A DNA stretch of 64,000 bases from Spirochaetota bacterium (GTDB lineage Bacteria > Spirochaetota > UBA6919 > CBDBPB01), in assembly GCA_965208615.1 (NCBI GenBank), contig CBDBPB010000002.1, forward strand, positions 92,666-156,665, read 5' to 3'. Numbering within the stretch: position 1 is the first letter of the stretch; the number at the start of each line of letters is the position of its first letter. The translations under genes and the position numbers were made by a program. Below, one piece after another: positions 32,137 through 43,194 of this stretch. The notes below the pieces were generated by a model that searched no databases, had not been told where the DNA came from, and saw only the letters and a program-made list of their open reading frames with translations.

Positions 32137-33625
32137 ATGCCAGAGGTAAATAAGTTATTAAGTGTTACAATTGACGGTCAGAAGTATGAGGTTAAGGAAG
32201 GTTTAACTGTACTACAGGCATGTTTAGATTTTGGTATTGATGTGCCTTATTTTTGTTATCATCCTTGTTTATCTACTGCTGGTAATTGTAGGATGTGTTT
32301 AGTTAAAATAGATAAAATACCTAAGCTTGCTATATCATGTGCTACTATGGTTGCTGAGGGGATGAACATATACACTAAAGACCCAGAGGTAATTAAGGCT
32401 CGTAATGCTATTATGGAGTTTTTATTAATAAATCATCCACTTGACTGTCCTGTATGTGATCAGGCTGGTGAATGTACTTTACAGGACTACTCATACCGAC
32501 ATGGGAGAGATTCGGGCAGGTTTACCGAAGAGCGTAATGTTAGGCACAAAAAAGACTTTGGGCCAAATGTCAAATATTGGGGTAGTCGGTGTATTATGTG
32601 TACAAGGTGTATACGTTTTTGTCAGGAGGTTAGTGGTACTGACGAGTTATACGCTTTTAACAGAGGGGATCGTTCTGTAATTGATATATTCCCTGGCATA
32701 GAGCTTAATAATCCATTATCTATGAATGTGGTTGATATTTGTCCTGTTGGAGCTTTAGTTAGTTCTCATTTTTTATATCAGGCACGGGTATGGAATATGG
32801 AGCAAAGGCATAGCCTATGTATAGAGTGTTCTACTGGATGTCATAACTAGGGTTGATTCTTTAGGCAATAGGATTAAGCGTATAGTACCTAGTTCAAATG
32901 ATCGATTTATGTGTGATCATGGTAGGCTAAGTTATGGATATATGTATTCTGAGGATAGGCTTCGTTATCCTTTGGTTAATGGGGATAAGTTAGCTTCGTG
33001 GTCAAAGGTAATGTCCGTATTTAGGGATAAGATAAGACGGTATGCTAGTAAGTCTAGTAGGTTAGCTTTTTTGATTTCTGCATGGAATACTAATGAGGCT
33101 ATGTTTATGGTTAACAGGCTTAAGGATAGTTGCTTAGACAAGAGTGACGTCTATTTGTATTATAAGCCTGATGAAGAGGATAAGGTTTTTCCTAAGTTTA
33201 GGATTAGTGGTGATCGTAATCCTAATATAAATGGTTTTAAGGCGGTTTTTAAAACGGGTGACATTAAAAAGCACTCAGTTAATTTATTAGTAGATAGGGT
33301 TAAGGCTAAAGAGGTTGATGTAGTTATAATAATAGGGGGTATATCCAGTGGATATATGCCTGAGAGTATTACTAATGTTTTATCTGATCTTAAAGATGTT
33401 ATTGTAATAGATTATATTAGTTCATCTTTTAGTAAGGCTGCGAGTTTGGTTTTACCTTCACTTAGTTATGCTGAGAAGGCTGGTAGTTATGTTAATGATC
33501 AGCTTAAGGTTAAAGCTGTTAAGCCTGTTATCAATCCTTTTACCCCTGGTAAGTCAGAAGATGTTATTTTACAAGAGCTTATCATTGCCCTATCAGAAAA
33601 AGGTGAGGTTTTTATCTACTGCTGA
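32137..33625 (+). CDS. nuoG: NADH-quinone oxidoreductase subunit G (short form), with apparent +1 shift near 32845-32852
   Basis: N-terminal 2Fe-2S / 4Fe-4S cysteine clusters in ORF 32137-32850. Continuation ...RVDSLGNRIKRIVPSSNDRFMCDHGR... in the next frame (ORF 32909-33625). Confidence 0.75.
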
Positions 33626-33735
33626 TATATTTGATGAGATGAATAGACAAGGAGTTTTTGATAGTTTAGTTAGTGAAGTAGGAGTAAAGAGCTAGCATTA
33701 AGTATTTAATTTTTGTTATATAGGGGTTTAGTAAC

Positions 33736-35359
33736 TTGGGACAACAGTTAAACTTGTTAGATATTGATAATGATAATAATTATATAACTATTAGTGAGGC
33801 ATCTAAGTGGGCAAGTGAATACTTGAACAGAAGTGTGACTAAGTCTCAAATATCATATTTAATAAATTATGCTAGGGTAGGGTCAATTAAGATTGATAGA
33901 AAAAATCATATAAACCTTAATGAGCTAAAAAATTATTATGACAATAGAAGTGAGAATGAAAAAAATAAGATTCTTAATGGGTTAAGTAAAGACGTTAACC
34001 TGTCCCTTTCATTTTCTGAATATAATGAATATGAGAGGACAAAGCATGTTCATAGGTTGCATCCATATAAAGGCAAATTTATTACTCAGCTGGTGGAGTA
34101 TTTTTTAAGTAATCATACTGACGGCTTTAAAAAAGAGGTTTTCTTTAAACAGGGAGATATTGTATTAGATCCTTTTGCAGGCTCTGGAACTACTTTAGTT
34201 CAAGCTAATGAGTTAGGAATACATTCTATTGGTATTGAGCTTTCTAGTTATAATGCTATTATTTCTAGAGTAAAGACTGAAAGCTATGAAATGGACAAAA
34301 TGAGACAAGAAGGTGATAGAATTATAGAGCTATTATATCACCTTAAAAAAGAGACTACTGCTTATTATGATGAGTTAGATAAGCTTATTAGGTTATATAA
34401 TGAAAAGTACTTCCCATCTCCTAAATATCGAAAGGCTATACATGCTAAAGAGATTAATGAAAAGAGCTATGGGAAAGAAGTATTAGGTAAATTTAACTTT
34501 GATTATGAAAAAGCTATTAAAAAAGTTTAATAAAATACACCCAGATAAATTATTTGAGAATAAAAGTCATCATAGTTTTTTAGAGTATTGGCTTACAGAG
34601 GATATCCAAAAAGAGATTAAAGTTATAAAAGAGATAATTGAGCTTATCAAAGATGAGAAGTTAAAATATCTTTTTATGGTTATATTGGGCAGGGCTGTTA
34701 GATCGTGTAGAGCAACAAAACATATAGATTTAGCAACTTTAACAAAGCCTCAATTTGCTCCTTATTATTGTGAGAGAAAGCATTTTAAATTGTGTAGACC
34801 AGTAAATAGTTTATTAAGTCATTTTAAGAAATATTATTTGGATTCGATTAGAAGGATTAAAAGTTTTAGTATGCTTAAAACTAACGCTTTAAATCTTGTT
34901 TTAGAAGGTGACTCATATAGTATTGAGCTTGATAAGGTGTTGGAGGTTAAGTCTTTTTTTAATAAAGCAGGTAAATATAAAATTGATGGGATATTCACAT
35001 CACCTCCTTATGTTGGTCAAATTGATTATCATGAGCAACATCTATATGCTTATGAGATTTTTAATTTGCCTATGAAAAAGGATAGAGAAATAGGGATATT
35101 AGGTCTTGGTAAAAGTAAAAAGGCAAGGGATCAATATTCTAAGGGTATTACAAAAGTATTTAGAAATTTGAAATCTTATTTAAAACCTTATGCTAACTGC
35201 TTTATAGTTGCTAATGATCGGTTGCAATTGTATCCAGATATAATAAATAAGTCAGGATATGAGCTTGTAAATGAGTTTAAGAGACCTGTACTAAATAGAG
35301 TTGAGAAAGATAGACGAGTATATGAAGAAAGTATTTTTCATATAAGGCCTAAAAGTTAA
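33736..35359 (+). CDS. DNA amino-methyltransferase (N6-A or N4-C), read as one gene with +1 shift in an A6 run near 34523-34528
   Basis: First ORF carries HRLHPYKGKF and SAM motif VLDPFAGSGTT; second ORF carries catalytic motif TSPPY. The second frame is open from 34487, so one extra A joins them. Confidence 0.65.
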
Positions 35360-35361
35360 AT

Positions 35362-35844
35362 ATGTCATTATCAGGTGAAACACATTATCAGATTGCTGGG
35401 CTACTTAAAAAGGCAGTTATAAAAAAGTTAGATAGTTATGCGATGTATTCATTTATTCACTCGATGAACACAACCCTTGGAATGTCAATATGGGAGCAGA
35501 TAGCTAAAATATTAGCTAAAGGTGCTGGAATGGAAGTTAAACGACAATATAAACTATTAGGTGAAATAGATAAACCTACTGAAGCTTTAATTGATGACAA
35601 TGCACAAGTTGAAACGAATTTAGCTATTCCCTATAATCCTTATCATCCTAAACCTTATGAAAGGTGGACTCTTGTTGGCCTTTTTGATTTAGACAGGGAA
35701 CTGTACGCAGGAGAAGATTTCTGGAACTTTGTAGCTAATGATGACATTTATAATGAATTATTAAATGTTTTTGAAGAAGTTGGTAATGAGTTAAGGCCTA
35801 AAATTGATAATAGATTTGCCCAATTTAGAGTCAATTACAATTAA
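35362..35844 (+). CDS. Hypothetical protein (160 aa) immediately downstream of the methyltransferase
   Basis: ORF only; no nuclease motif recognised by eye. Confidence 0.4.
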   Translation: MSLSGETHYQIAGLLKKAVIKKLDSYAMYSFIHSMNTTLGMSIWEQIAKILAKGAGMEVKRQYKLLGEIDKPTEALIDDNAQVETNLAIPYNPYHPKPYERWTLVGLFDLDRELYAGEDFWNFVANDDIYNELLNVFEEVGNELRPKIDNRFAQFRVNYN

Positions 35845-35868
35845 GTTTTGGGGATAAAGTGAGGGATA

Positions 35869-36906
35869 ATGCTTGAATCAGTATTAATTATGTCAATAAA
35901 GCCCTTATTAGTGGTATTTATGGTGGTTAACACTTGTGCGGTGGGTGTTTATCTTGAGCGTAGAATATCTGCATTTATACAGATGAGGCTTGGACCAAAT
36001 AGGGTTGGCCCTTTTGGTGTACTACAACCTTTAGCTGACGTTATCAAGTTTATTTTTAAAGAAGACATAATACCAAAAGACGCTAATAAAATATTATATA
36101 ATTTAGGTCCTTTTATAGCTTTTGCACCTGGTTTAATTGTTTTTGGTGTAATCCCATTTGGCACTATTGATTGGTATGATCCAAGTGCTAGTTTAGCTGT
36201 AGGTGATATTGGAGTGGGTTTATTATTTGTTCTTGCCATAAGTTCTTTGACTACTTATGGTTTGGCTTATGGAGGCTGGGCATCATATAGTAAATATTCG
36301 GTTTTAGGTGGGCTAAGGGCTTCGGCACAGATGATTAGTTTTGAGATAGCTATGGGGCTATCGTTAATAAGCATAATTATGACAGCTGGGTCGGTTAATT
36401 TAAATGAGATGGTTATCAGTCAGACAGGTACTATTTGGGGTTTTTTACCTAATTGGCTTTGTTTTAAGCAGCCGCTTGCATTTTTAATATTTTTTATAAC
36501 TGCTTTTGCAGAGACTAACCGCTTACCTTTTGACATGCCAGAGGCTGAACCAGAGATAGTGGGGGGGTATCACACTGAGTATAGTGGACTTAAGTTTGCA
36601 CTTTATATGCTTGGTGAGTATGCCGCTATGGTTACTATGTCTGCGGTTATTACGACGTTATTTCTTGGTGGATGGTCATTACCTTTTGTAGATAGTTTAT
36701 TTTCTTCATCTGGTCCTGTGGTTATTGCTATTGTATCCATAAGTATTTTCTCAGCAAAGACTGGTTTTTTAATATTCTTTTTCATGTGGGTCAGGTGGAC
36801 TCTACCACGTACCAGGTGGGATCAATTAATGAAGTTAGGTTGGCATATATTAATTCCTTTGGCACTTTTAAACATAGTGTTAACGGCTATCTTATTGAAG
36901 GTTTAG
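35869..36906 (+). CDS. nuoH: NADH-quinone oxidoreductase subunit H
   Basis: Polytopic membrane protein with conserved ND1-like segments (GYHTEYSGLKFALYMLGEY). Confidence 0.85.
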   Translation: MLESVLIMSIKPLLVVFMVVNTCAVGVYLERRISAFIQMRLGPNRVGPFGVLQPLADVIKFIFKEDIIPKDANKILYNLGPFIAFAPGLIVFGVIPFGTIDWYDPSASLAVGDIGVGLLFVLAISSLTTYGLAYGGWASYSKYSVLGGLRASAQMISFEIAMGLSLISIIMTAGSVNLNEMVISQTGTIWGFLPNWLCFKQPLAFLIFFITAFAETNRLPFDMPEAEPEIVGGYHTEYSGLKFALYMLGEYAAMVTMSAVITTLFLGGWSLPFVDSLFSSSGPVVIAIVSISIFSAKTGFLIFFFMWVRWTLPRTRWDQLMKLGWHILIPLALLNIVLTAILLKV

Positions 36907-36916
36907 GTAAGGATTT

Positions 36917-37390
36917 ATGGCAAATAGTGCAACTTATAAGAGTAAAGATCATGAGATGGCTTTTTGGGAGAAGTTATATATTCCTGCTATAGTTAAAGGG
37001 CTTATAAATACTTTGCGTCATCTTTTCATGAAGAAGTTTACCACACCTTATCCAGAGAAGCGTTTAACCTTTTCTGATCGTTTTAGAGGTGAGCATAGGC
37101 TTAAAAAGGATGAGAAAGGACGTATTAAATGTGTTGCTTGTTATATGTGTTCTACGGCTTGTCCGTCAAATTGTATTATTATTGAGGCGGCGGAATGTCC
37201 TTCTGACTATGGTGATGATAGAGAAAAGTATCCATCTTCGTTTATAATAGATGAGTTACGGTGTATTTACTGTGGTTTTTGTGAAGAGGCATGTCCTAAG
37301 GATGCCATAGAGTTAACGAGGAAGTTGCCAAGGGTATATGGTTCACGGGCTGAGTTTATGTATGATAGAGAAAAGCTTTTAAATAACTAA
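36917..37390 (+). CDS. nuoI: NADH-quinone oxidoreductase subunit I
   Basis: Two 4Fe-4S ferredoxin motifs (CVACYMCSTACP, CIYCGFCEEACP). Confidence 0.85.
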   Translation: MANSATYKSKDHEMAFWEKLYIPAIVKGLINTLRHLFMKKFTTPYPEKRLTFSDRFRGEHRLKKDEKGRIKCVACYMCSTACPSNCIIIEAAECPSDYGDDREKYPSSFIIDELRCIYCGFCEEACPKDAIELTRKLPRVYGSRAEFMYDREKLLNN

Positions 37391-37405
37391 ACGGAGACGA
37401 TTAGC

Positions 37406-37936
37406 GTGGACATTTTACTGACTGATATAATATTTTTAATTTGTTCGGTACTGGCTATTATTTTTAGTCTTTTGGTTGTAATATCTAGGAATCCTATTTA
37501 TAGTTCACTTTTTTTAGTTGGATCATTTATACCCATTGCTGTTATATATATACTTATGTACGCACCATTTATTGCGGCTATTCAGATAATTGTATATGCT
37601 GGTGCAATTATGGTACTTTTTACATTTGTTATAATGATGGTCTATATTGACAGAGAGAATATAAAGATTGATAAGAGTAAGGGATTTAGGATATTATCGA
37701 TTTTTTTTGTAGTGGGTTTTTTGTTAACTTTTTTACTGAGTAATATAATTAGTGATAAGTCTTACAATCCTAATCCTGATGAAGACTTTGGATCAACTAA
37801 AGCAATAGGAAAGTTAATTTTTGGTTTACCTGATAACACTTTAGAGAGTACACAGGTTATTTCTTTTGAGCTAACTTCAATTTTGATAATGGTTGCCATA
37901 ATAGGTGCTTTAGTTCTTGCTAAGAAGAGGACATAG
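37406..37936 (+). CDS. nuoJ: NADH-quinone oxidoreductase subunit J
   Basis: Small hydrophobic subunit; operon position. Confidence 0.75.
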   Translation: MDILLTDIIFLICSVLAIIFSLLVVISRNPIYSSLFLVGSFIPIAVIYILMYAPFIAAIQIIVYAGAIMVLFTFVIMMVYIDRENIKIDKSKGFRILSIFFVVGFLLTFLLSNIISDKSYNPNPDEDFGSTKAIGKLIFGLPDNTLESTQVISFELTSILIMVAIIGALVLAKKRT

Positions 37937-37939
37937 ACT

Positions 37940-38260
37940 ATGACATTTTTCACGCTTACCAACTCATTGATATTGGGTTTAATATTATTTAGTATTGGGA
38001 TTTATGGGGTATTAGCTAAAAGGAATCTTTTGGTTATCATGATGTCTTTAGAGATCATGTTTAATTCGGCTAACATAGTATTTATATCGTTTAATTATTT
38101 TAAGTATAGTCAGGCTGGTAATGAGTTTGGTCATTATTTTGTACTTCTTGTTATAGCGGTGGCTGCTGCTGAGGCGGCTATTGGTTTGGCTATATTAGTT
38201 ACTATTTATAGAAACAGAAAGAAAGTTGATTCTGCTGATCTTACTGAGATGAAGGGATAA
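37940..38260 (+). CDS. nuoK: NADH-quinone oxidoreductase subunit K
   Basis: ~100 aa, three hydrophobic helices; operon position. Confidence 0.8.
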   Translation: MTFFTLTNSLILGLILFSIGIYGVLAKRNLLVIMMSLEIMFNSANIVFISFNYFKYSQAGNEFGHYFVLLVIAVAAAEAAIGLAILVTIYRNRKKVDSADLTEMKG

Positions 38261-38263
38261 ATA

Positions 38264-40213
38264 ATGTCTGACTTTATTAGCCAACTTGATAATTATATTT
38301 TTTTAATACCTCTTGCGCCGTTAATAGGTTTTTTGATTAATGGTATTATTGCTAAGAAGTTAAACCGTAGGGCAGTACATTTTGTAGGAGTATTTTCTGT
38401 TTTTATATCGGCTGTTATATCGGCGTTGGCTTTGTATAAGGTGGTTATTACTGATAATGCCATAGTTTATAATGGATATACATGGTTTTCGTCTGGCGGA
38501 TTAGATGTATCTGTTGGGTTTAGGGTTGATCAGTTATCGGCTATAATGATAAACATAGTTAGTGGGATAGGACTGCTAATTCACATATACTCTGTTGGGT
38601 ATATGAAAGAGGATAAGGGTGGAGCAAGGTTTTTTGCATATATGAACTTATTCACTTTTGCCATGTTGATATTGGTTATGGCGGATAATATATTGTTATT
38701 ATTCCTTGGTTGGGAAGGAGTAGGGCTTTGTTCATATTTGCTTATTGGTTTTTGGTATAAGAATGAGGAGTATGCCTCAGCTGGTAAGAAGGCATTTATA
38801 GTTAATCGCATAGGGGACTTTGGTTTTTTATTGGGTATATTTTTAATTTTCATTCACATTGGGACACTAACATTTTCGGAGATGCCTGCGGCTATATTTG
38901 CTAGTTCAGGGCTTAGTAGTTTAAGTAGTGAAACAGTTACGATTATAACTTTGTTATTATTTGTGGGAGCAGTAGGTAAGTCTGCACAGATACCGTTATA
39001 CGTATGGTTACCTGATGCAATGGCTGGACCTACACCTGTTAGTGCATTGATCCACGCGGCTACTATGGTGACTGCTGGGGTTTATATGATAGGCAGACTG
39101 CACTTTTTATTTGTCATGTCAGAAGTGACAATGCTTATTATATTGGTTGTTAGCGGTTTTACGGCACTTTATGCTGGGACTATTGGTATAACCCAGAATG
39201 ACATTAAGAAGGTATTGGCATACTCTACTGTTAGTCAGTTGGGATATATGTTTATGGCAATGGCGGTTGGTGCATTTTCTGTGGGGATATTTCATTTACT
39301 TACCCATGCTTTTTTTAAGGCATTATTGTTTTTAGGTTCTGGATCGGTTATTATAGCCTGTCATCATGAGCAGGACATGACCAAGATGGGGGGTTTAGCT
39401 ACGAAACTACCAATAACCTATAGGGCAATGTTTATAGGGATGCTTGCTCTTAGTGGCGTTGTACCGTTTATATCTGGGTTTTTGAGTAAGGATTTGGTAT
39501 TAGAGAAGGTATTCGAGTTTAGTGTATTCAACATAGGTATTGGCCCTATATTTTGGATAGTTGGAGTTTTAGCTGCTGCTTGTACTGCGTTTTATAGTTT
39601 TAGGTTATTGGGTATGACATTTTGGGGCAGGACTAACATGACCGATGAAGACTATCATCATGTAAAAGAGCCTTCTAAGAGTATGTCTGGGGTATTAGTT
39701 GTATTAGCTATACTATCGGTTTTTGGTGGATTAGTTGGTGTACCTGCCTTACTTGGTGGTAATAATTATATTCATTCATTTTTGGGTGGTGTATTTGGAG
39801 AGACTGTCCAGGCTGGCCATCATGGATATTTACCTTATGTACTTATGGTTATATCCACGTCTATAGGGATTATTATTGCTTTTAGTGCTGCTAAGATTTA
39901 TGCTAGCAGTTCGTCCATACCTGATAGCTTTGTTCAAAGTGGCATTGGCAAGTTATTGTATAAGTTTTCGTACAACAAGTATTATGTGGATGAGGTTTAT
40001 GATTTTCTTATAGTTAAACCTTTTACTAGGGCGTCTTATTATTTATGGAAGTTTTTTGATGTGCTAGTAATAGATGGTATTGTAAATGGTTTGGCGTATA
40101 TTTCAAGGGGTTTTGGGGATATTGCTAGAAAGATGAACACTGGTAGTATAAATACTTATGCACTATCCATATTGATTGGCGTAATTGCTTTACTGATATA
40201 TCTTATAGTTTAA
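38264..40213 (+). CDS. nuoL: NADH-quinone oxidoreductase subunit L
   Basis: Antiporter-like subunit motifs (WLPDAMAGPTPVSALIHAATMV). Confidence 0.85.
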   Translation: MSDFISQLDNYIFLIPLAPLIGFLINGIIAKKLNRRAVHFVGVFSVFISAVISALALYKVVITDNAIVYNGYTWFSSGGLDVSVGFRVDQLSAIMINIVSGIGLLIHIYSVGYMKEDKGGARFFAYMNLFTFAMLILVMADNILLLFLGWEGVGLCSYLLIGFWYKNEEYASAGKKAFIVNRIGDFGFLLGIFLIFIHIGTLTFSEMPAAIFASSGLSSLSSETVTIITLLLFVGAVGKSAQIPLYVWLPDAMAGPTPVSALIHAATMVTAGVYMIGRLHFLFVMSEVTMLIILVVSGFTALYAGTIGITQNDIKKVLAYSTVSQLGYMFMAMAVGAFSVGIFHLLTHAFFKALLFLGSGSVIIACHHEQDMTKMGGLATKLPITYRAMFIGMLALSGVVPFISGFLSKDLVLEKVFEFSVFNIGIGPIFWIVGVLAAACTAFYSFRLLGMTFWGRTNMTDEDYHHVKEPSKSMSGVLVVLAILSVFGGLVGVPALLGGNNYIHSFLGGVFGETVQAGHHGYLPYVLMVISTSIGIIIAFSAAKIYASSSSIPDSFVQSGIGKLLYKFSYNKYYVDEVYDFLIVKPFTRASYYLWKFFDVLVIDGIVNGLAYISRGFGDIARKMNTGSINTYALSILIGVIALLIYLIV

Positions 40214-40231
40214 GTTAAAAGTGAGTGTAAG

Positions 40232-41740
40232 ATGAGTTTTCCATTAATTAGTTTAGTTCTTTTTCTACCTGCCGTTGGGGGATTATTAACTGTACTCATA
40301 CCATCTGACAGGGAAAGGGCTATTAAGATAAGCGGTATATTATTTTCTGTTATAACTTTTATTTTATCCATACCGTTATTCACCCAGTTTGGCATTGATA
40401 ATGGTCTTTTTGAGGAGAAGTATTATTGGATTGATCAAAGTATTATTAACACGTCTTATCACTTAAAGGTTGATGGGATAAGCTTATTAATTATACTACT
40501 AACAACTTTCATAACGCCAATAACCATTTTAGCGTCGTGGAACTCGATTAATATAAGGGTTAAAGAGTTTATTATATCCATGCTTGTGTTAGAGACGGGT
40601 ATGATAGGGGCTTTAGTTGCATGGGACTTATTATTATTTTACGTATTTTGGGAAGTTATGCTAATCCCTATGTATTTTATTATTGGTATATGGGGTGGTG
40701 AGCGTAAGATTTATGCGGCTGTCAAGTTTTTTATATATACGATGGTTGGCAGTTTGCTCATGTTTTTGGCCATATTGTGGATATATATAGAGGTTGGTTC
40801 ATTTGATTTTAATGCTATATACAAGGCTGATATTGTAGCTGATGTTCAGACGATACTTTTTATTGCATTTGGATTATCTTTTGCTATAAAGGTACCTATA
40901 TTCCCATTTCACACGTGGTTACCTGATGCTCATGTTCAGGCGCCTACTGCTGGCAGTGTAATATTAGCTGGGGTACTTTTAAAGATGGGTACCTATGGAT
41001 TTATTAGGTTAGCCATACCTATTTTCCCTGATGCTACGGCTGAGTATTCTTATGTGCTATCTATATTGGCTATAATAGGTATTATTTATGGTGCTATGAT
41101 GGCTTTAGCCCAGACTGACATTAAAAAGCTTATTGCATATTCGTCCATAAGTCATTTGGGATTTGTTATGCTTGGACTTTTTGCTTTTAGTTTAGGCGAG
41201 ATGGGCAGGTATGAGATAGCTTATCAGAGTATACAGGGTGCTATTTACCAGATGATAAATCACGGTATTAGTACAGGGGCTTTGTTTTTGTTAGTGGGGA
41301 TGATATATGAAAGACGGCATACAAAAGAGATGAGTGAGTTTGGTGGTTTAGCAAAGGTTATGCCCATATATGCTGTTGTATTTATGATTACGACATTGTC
41401 GTCTATAGGATTACCTGGCTTAAATGGTTTTATTGGTGAGTTTCTTATTTTGATTGGTAGTTTTAAGGCTAATTGGGTATATGGTACTTTAGCATCTAGT
41501 GGAGTGATTTTAGGTGCTGTTTATATGTTAGTTCTTTATCAGAAGGTTTTTTTGGGGGATTGTACTAATGAGAAGAACCACTCATTAAAAGACTTATCCA
41601 TAAGAGAGATTGTTATAATGTTACCCTTAATAGTTATGATGGTGGTTATGGGAGTTATACCTGGGTATTTTCTTGATAAGATAGAGATTAGTTTAAACAG
41701 TTTTTTTGATAATATAGCGAATATTGGGTGGATGCCATGA
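40232..41740 (+). CDS. nuoM: NADH-quinone oxidoreductase subunit M
   Basis: Antiporter-like subunit motifs (HTWLPDAHVQAPTAGSVILAG). Confidence 0.85.
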   Translation: MSFPLISLVLFLPAVGGLLTVLIPSDRERAIKISGILFSVITFILSIPLFTQFGIDNGLFEEKYYWIDQSIINTSYHLKVDGISLLIILLTTFITPITILASWNSINIRVKEFIISMLVLETGMIGALVAWDLLLFYVFWEVMLIPMYFIIGIWGGERKIYAAVKFFIYTMVGSLLMFLAILWIYIEVGSFDFNAIYKADIVADVQTILFIAFGLSFAIKVPIFPFHTWLPDAHVQAPTAGSVILAGVLLKMGTYGFIRLAIPIFPDATAEYSYVLSILAIIGIIYGAMMALAQTDIKKLIAYSSISHLGFVMLGLFAFSLGEMGRYEIAYQSIQGAIYQMINHGISTGALFLLVGMIYERRHTKEMSEFGGLAKVMPIYAVVFMITTLSSIGLPGLNGFIGEFLILIGSFKANWVYGTLASSGVILGAVYMLVLYQKVFLGDCTNEKNHSLKDLSIREIVIMLPLIVMMVVMGVIPGYFLDKIEISLNSFFDNIANIGWMP

Positions 41741-43194
41741 TAGATGTACTAGAATACACAAAGATACTCATACCGGTTATAATACTGACCATTTCTGCAC
41801 TTTTAGTTATGGTAGTGGAAGTTTTATTTAGTGAGGCATTGAAAAGGATAGTATCATTTTGCTTATCTATATTGGCTATATTTTTAGCTTTAGTGGTTTT
41901 ATTGATTCAGGCGTTTGAGATTGGGTCTAGTGAGGTTATGATATTTGGTGGGTCTTTGTTGATAGACAAGTGGGCTATTGGATTTTCTATAGTTATAGTT
42001 TTGGGTGCATTTATGGTACTTGTTGCCTCATACGACTATATTGGGCGTATAAACAGTAAGTTGGGGGAGTATTATAGTTTAATATTGTTTGCTGTTGTGG
42101 GGATGATATTTTTGGTTATGTCCAATGATATGATGACATTTTTCATTAGTTTTGAGGTTATGTCCATAGCAGTTTTTGTATTAGCTGGATTTAATGTTGT
42201 TAATATAAGGTCTAACGAGTCGGCGTTCAAGTATTTTATATTGGGGGTATTTGCAACGGCTTTTATGATTATGGGCATTGCATTTATTTATGGTGCTACT
42301 GGTGAGATGAGATTCCAGGAGATTAGTCATATACTTGTTGGTATAGATGGGGTTGATTATTATTTTGGTTTATTTGGATTAGGTTTAATATTGGTTGGAT
42401 TTTTATTTAAGGTTGGCACTTTCCCTTTTCACCAGTGGATACCTGATGTATATGAGGGTGCACCTACATCGGTTACTGCATTTATGTCTACTGTGGTTAA
42501 GGTTGCTGGTTTTGCTATTATTATAAGGGTACTATTTATAGTTTTCAGTTATGAGGCTTACAGTGAGAAGTGGATTAATATTTTGACTGTTGTTAGCATT
42601 TTAACAATGATAGCTGGTAATTTTATGGCACTTGTACAGGATAACATAAAGCGTCTTTTGGCCTATTCTGGTATTGCACATAGCGGATATATACTTTTAG
42701 CTGTTATTGCTGCTAAGGTGGGTGGTGGTGATATTAGTCCTGTTATATTTTATTTATTGACTTACACGATAATGACAATTGGTGCATTTGTTGTACTTAT
42801 TGGTGCTGGGGATAAGGGTTGTGATGTTGAGAATATTGATGAGATAAGGGGTCTTGGATATAAGAATAAGTTTTTAGGATTTTCCATGTCATTTTTCTTT
42901 TTTTCATTAGCGGGTATACCGTCTACGGCTGGGTTTATGGCTAAGTTTTTTATATTTAAGAGTGTTATAGGTTCTGGCTTATATATGCTTGCGGTTATAG
43001 GTATACTTACTGCCATAGTTTCGGTTTATTATTATATTAGGGTAGTTGTTTATCTTTACATGAAGGATGAGGCTAGTAACTTTACTTATCACAAGCCATC
43101 TTTTGGGTATAGTTTTATTACTTTTATGGCTATAATTTTAACATTTCTTTTTGGTATATTACCCCAGTTTGGTTTTTATTTTCTTCACATTTAG
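41728..43194 (+). CDS. nuoN: NADH-quinone oxidoreductase subunit N
   Basis: Antiporter-like subunit; last gene of the operon; overlaps the nuoM stop. Confidence 0.8.
   Translation: MDAMIDVLEYTKILIPVIILTISALLVMVVEVLFSEALKRIVSFCLSILAIFLALVVLLIQAFEIGSSEVMIFGGSLLIDKWAIGFSIVIVLGAFMVLVASYDYIGRINSKLGEYYSLILFAVVGMIFLVMSNDMMTFFISFEVMSIAVFVLAGFNVVNIRSNESAFKYFILGVFATAFMIMGIAFIYGATGEMRFQEISHILVGIDGVDYYFGLFGLGLILVGFLFKVGTFPFHQWIPDVYEGAPTSVTAFMSTVVKVAGFAIIIRVLFIVFSYEAYSEKWINILTVVSILTMIAGNFMALVQDNIKRLLAYSGIAHSGYILLAVIAAKVGGGDISPVIFYLLTYTIMTIGAFVVLIGAGDKGCDVENIDEIRGLGYKNKFLGFSMSFFFFSLAGIPSTAGFMAKFFIFKSVIGSGLYMLAVIGILTAIVSVYYYIRVVVYLYMKDEASNFTYHKPSFGYSFITFMAIILTFLFGILPQFGFYFLHI

Noticed and set aside
31024-37962. 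Short ORFs overlapping nuo genes (e.g. 31024-31215, 32441-32680, 33468-33695, 35949-36239, 36603-36785, 36786-36992, 37762-37962)
   Set aside because: Embedded in or antisense to well-supported complex I genes; no motifs.
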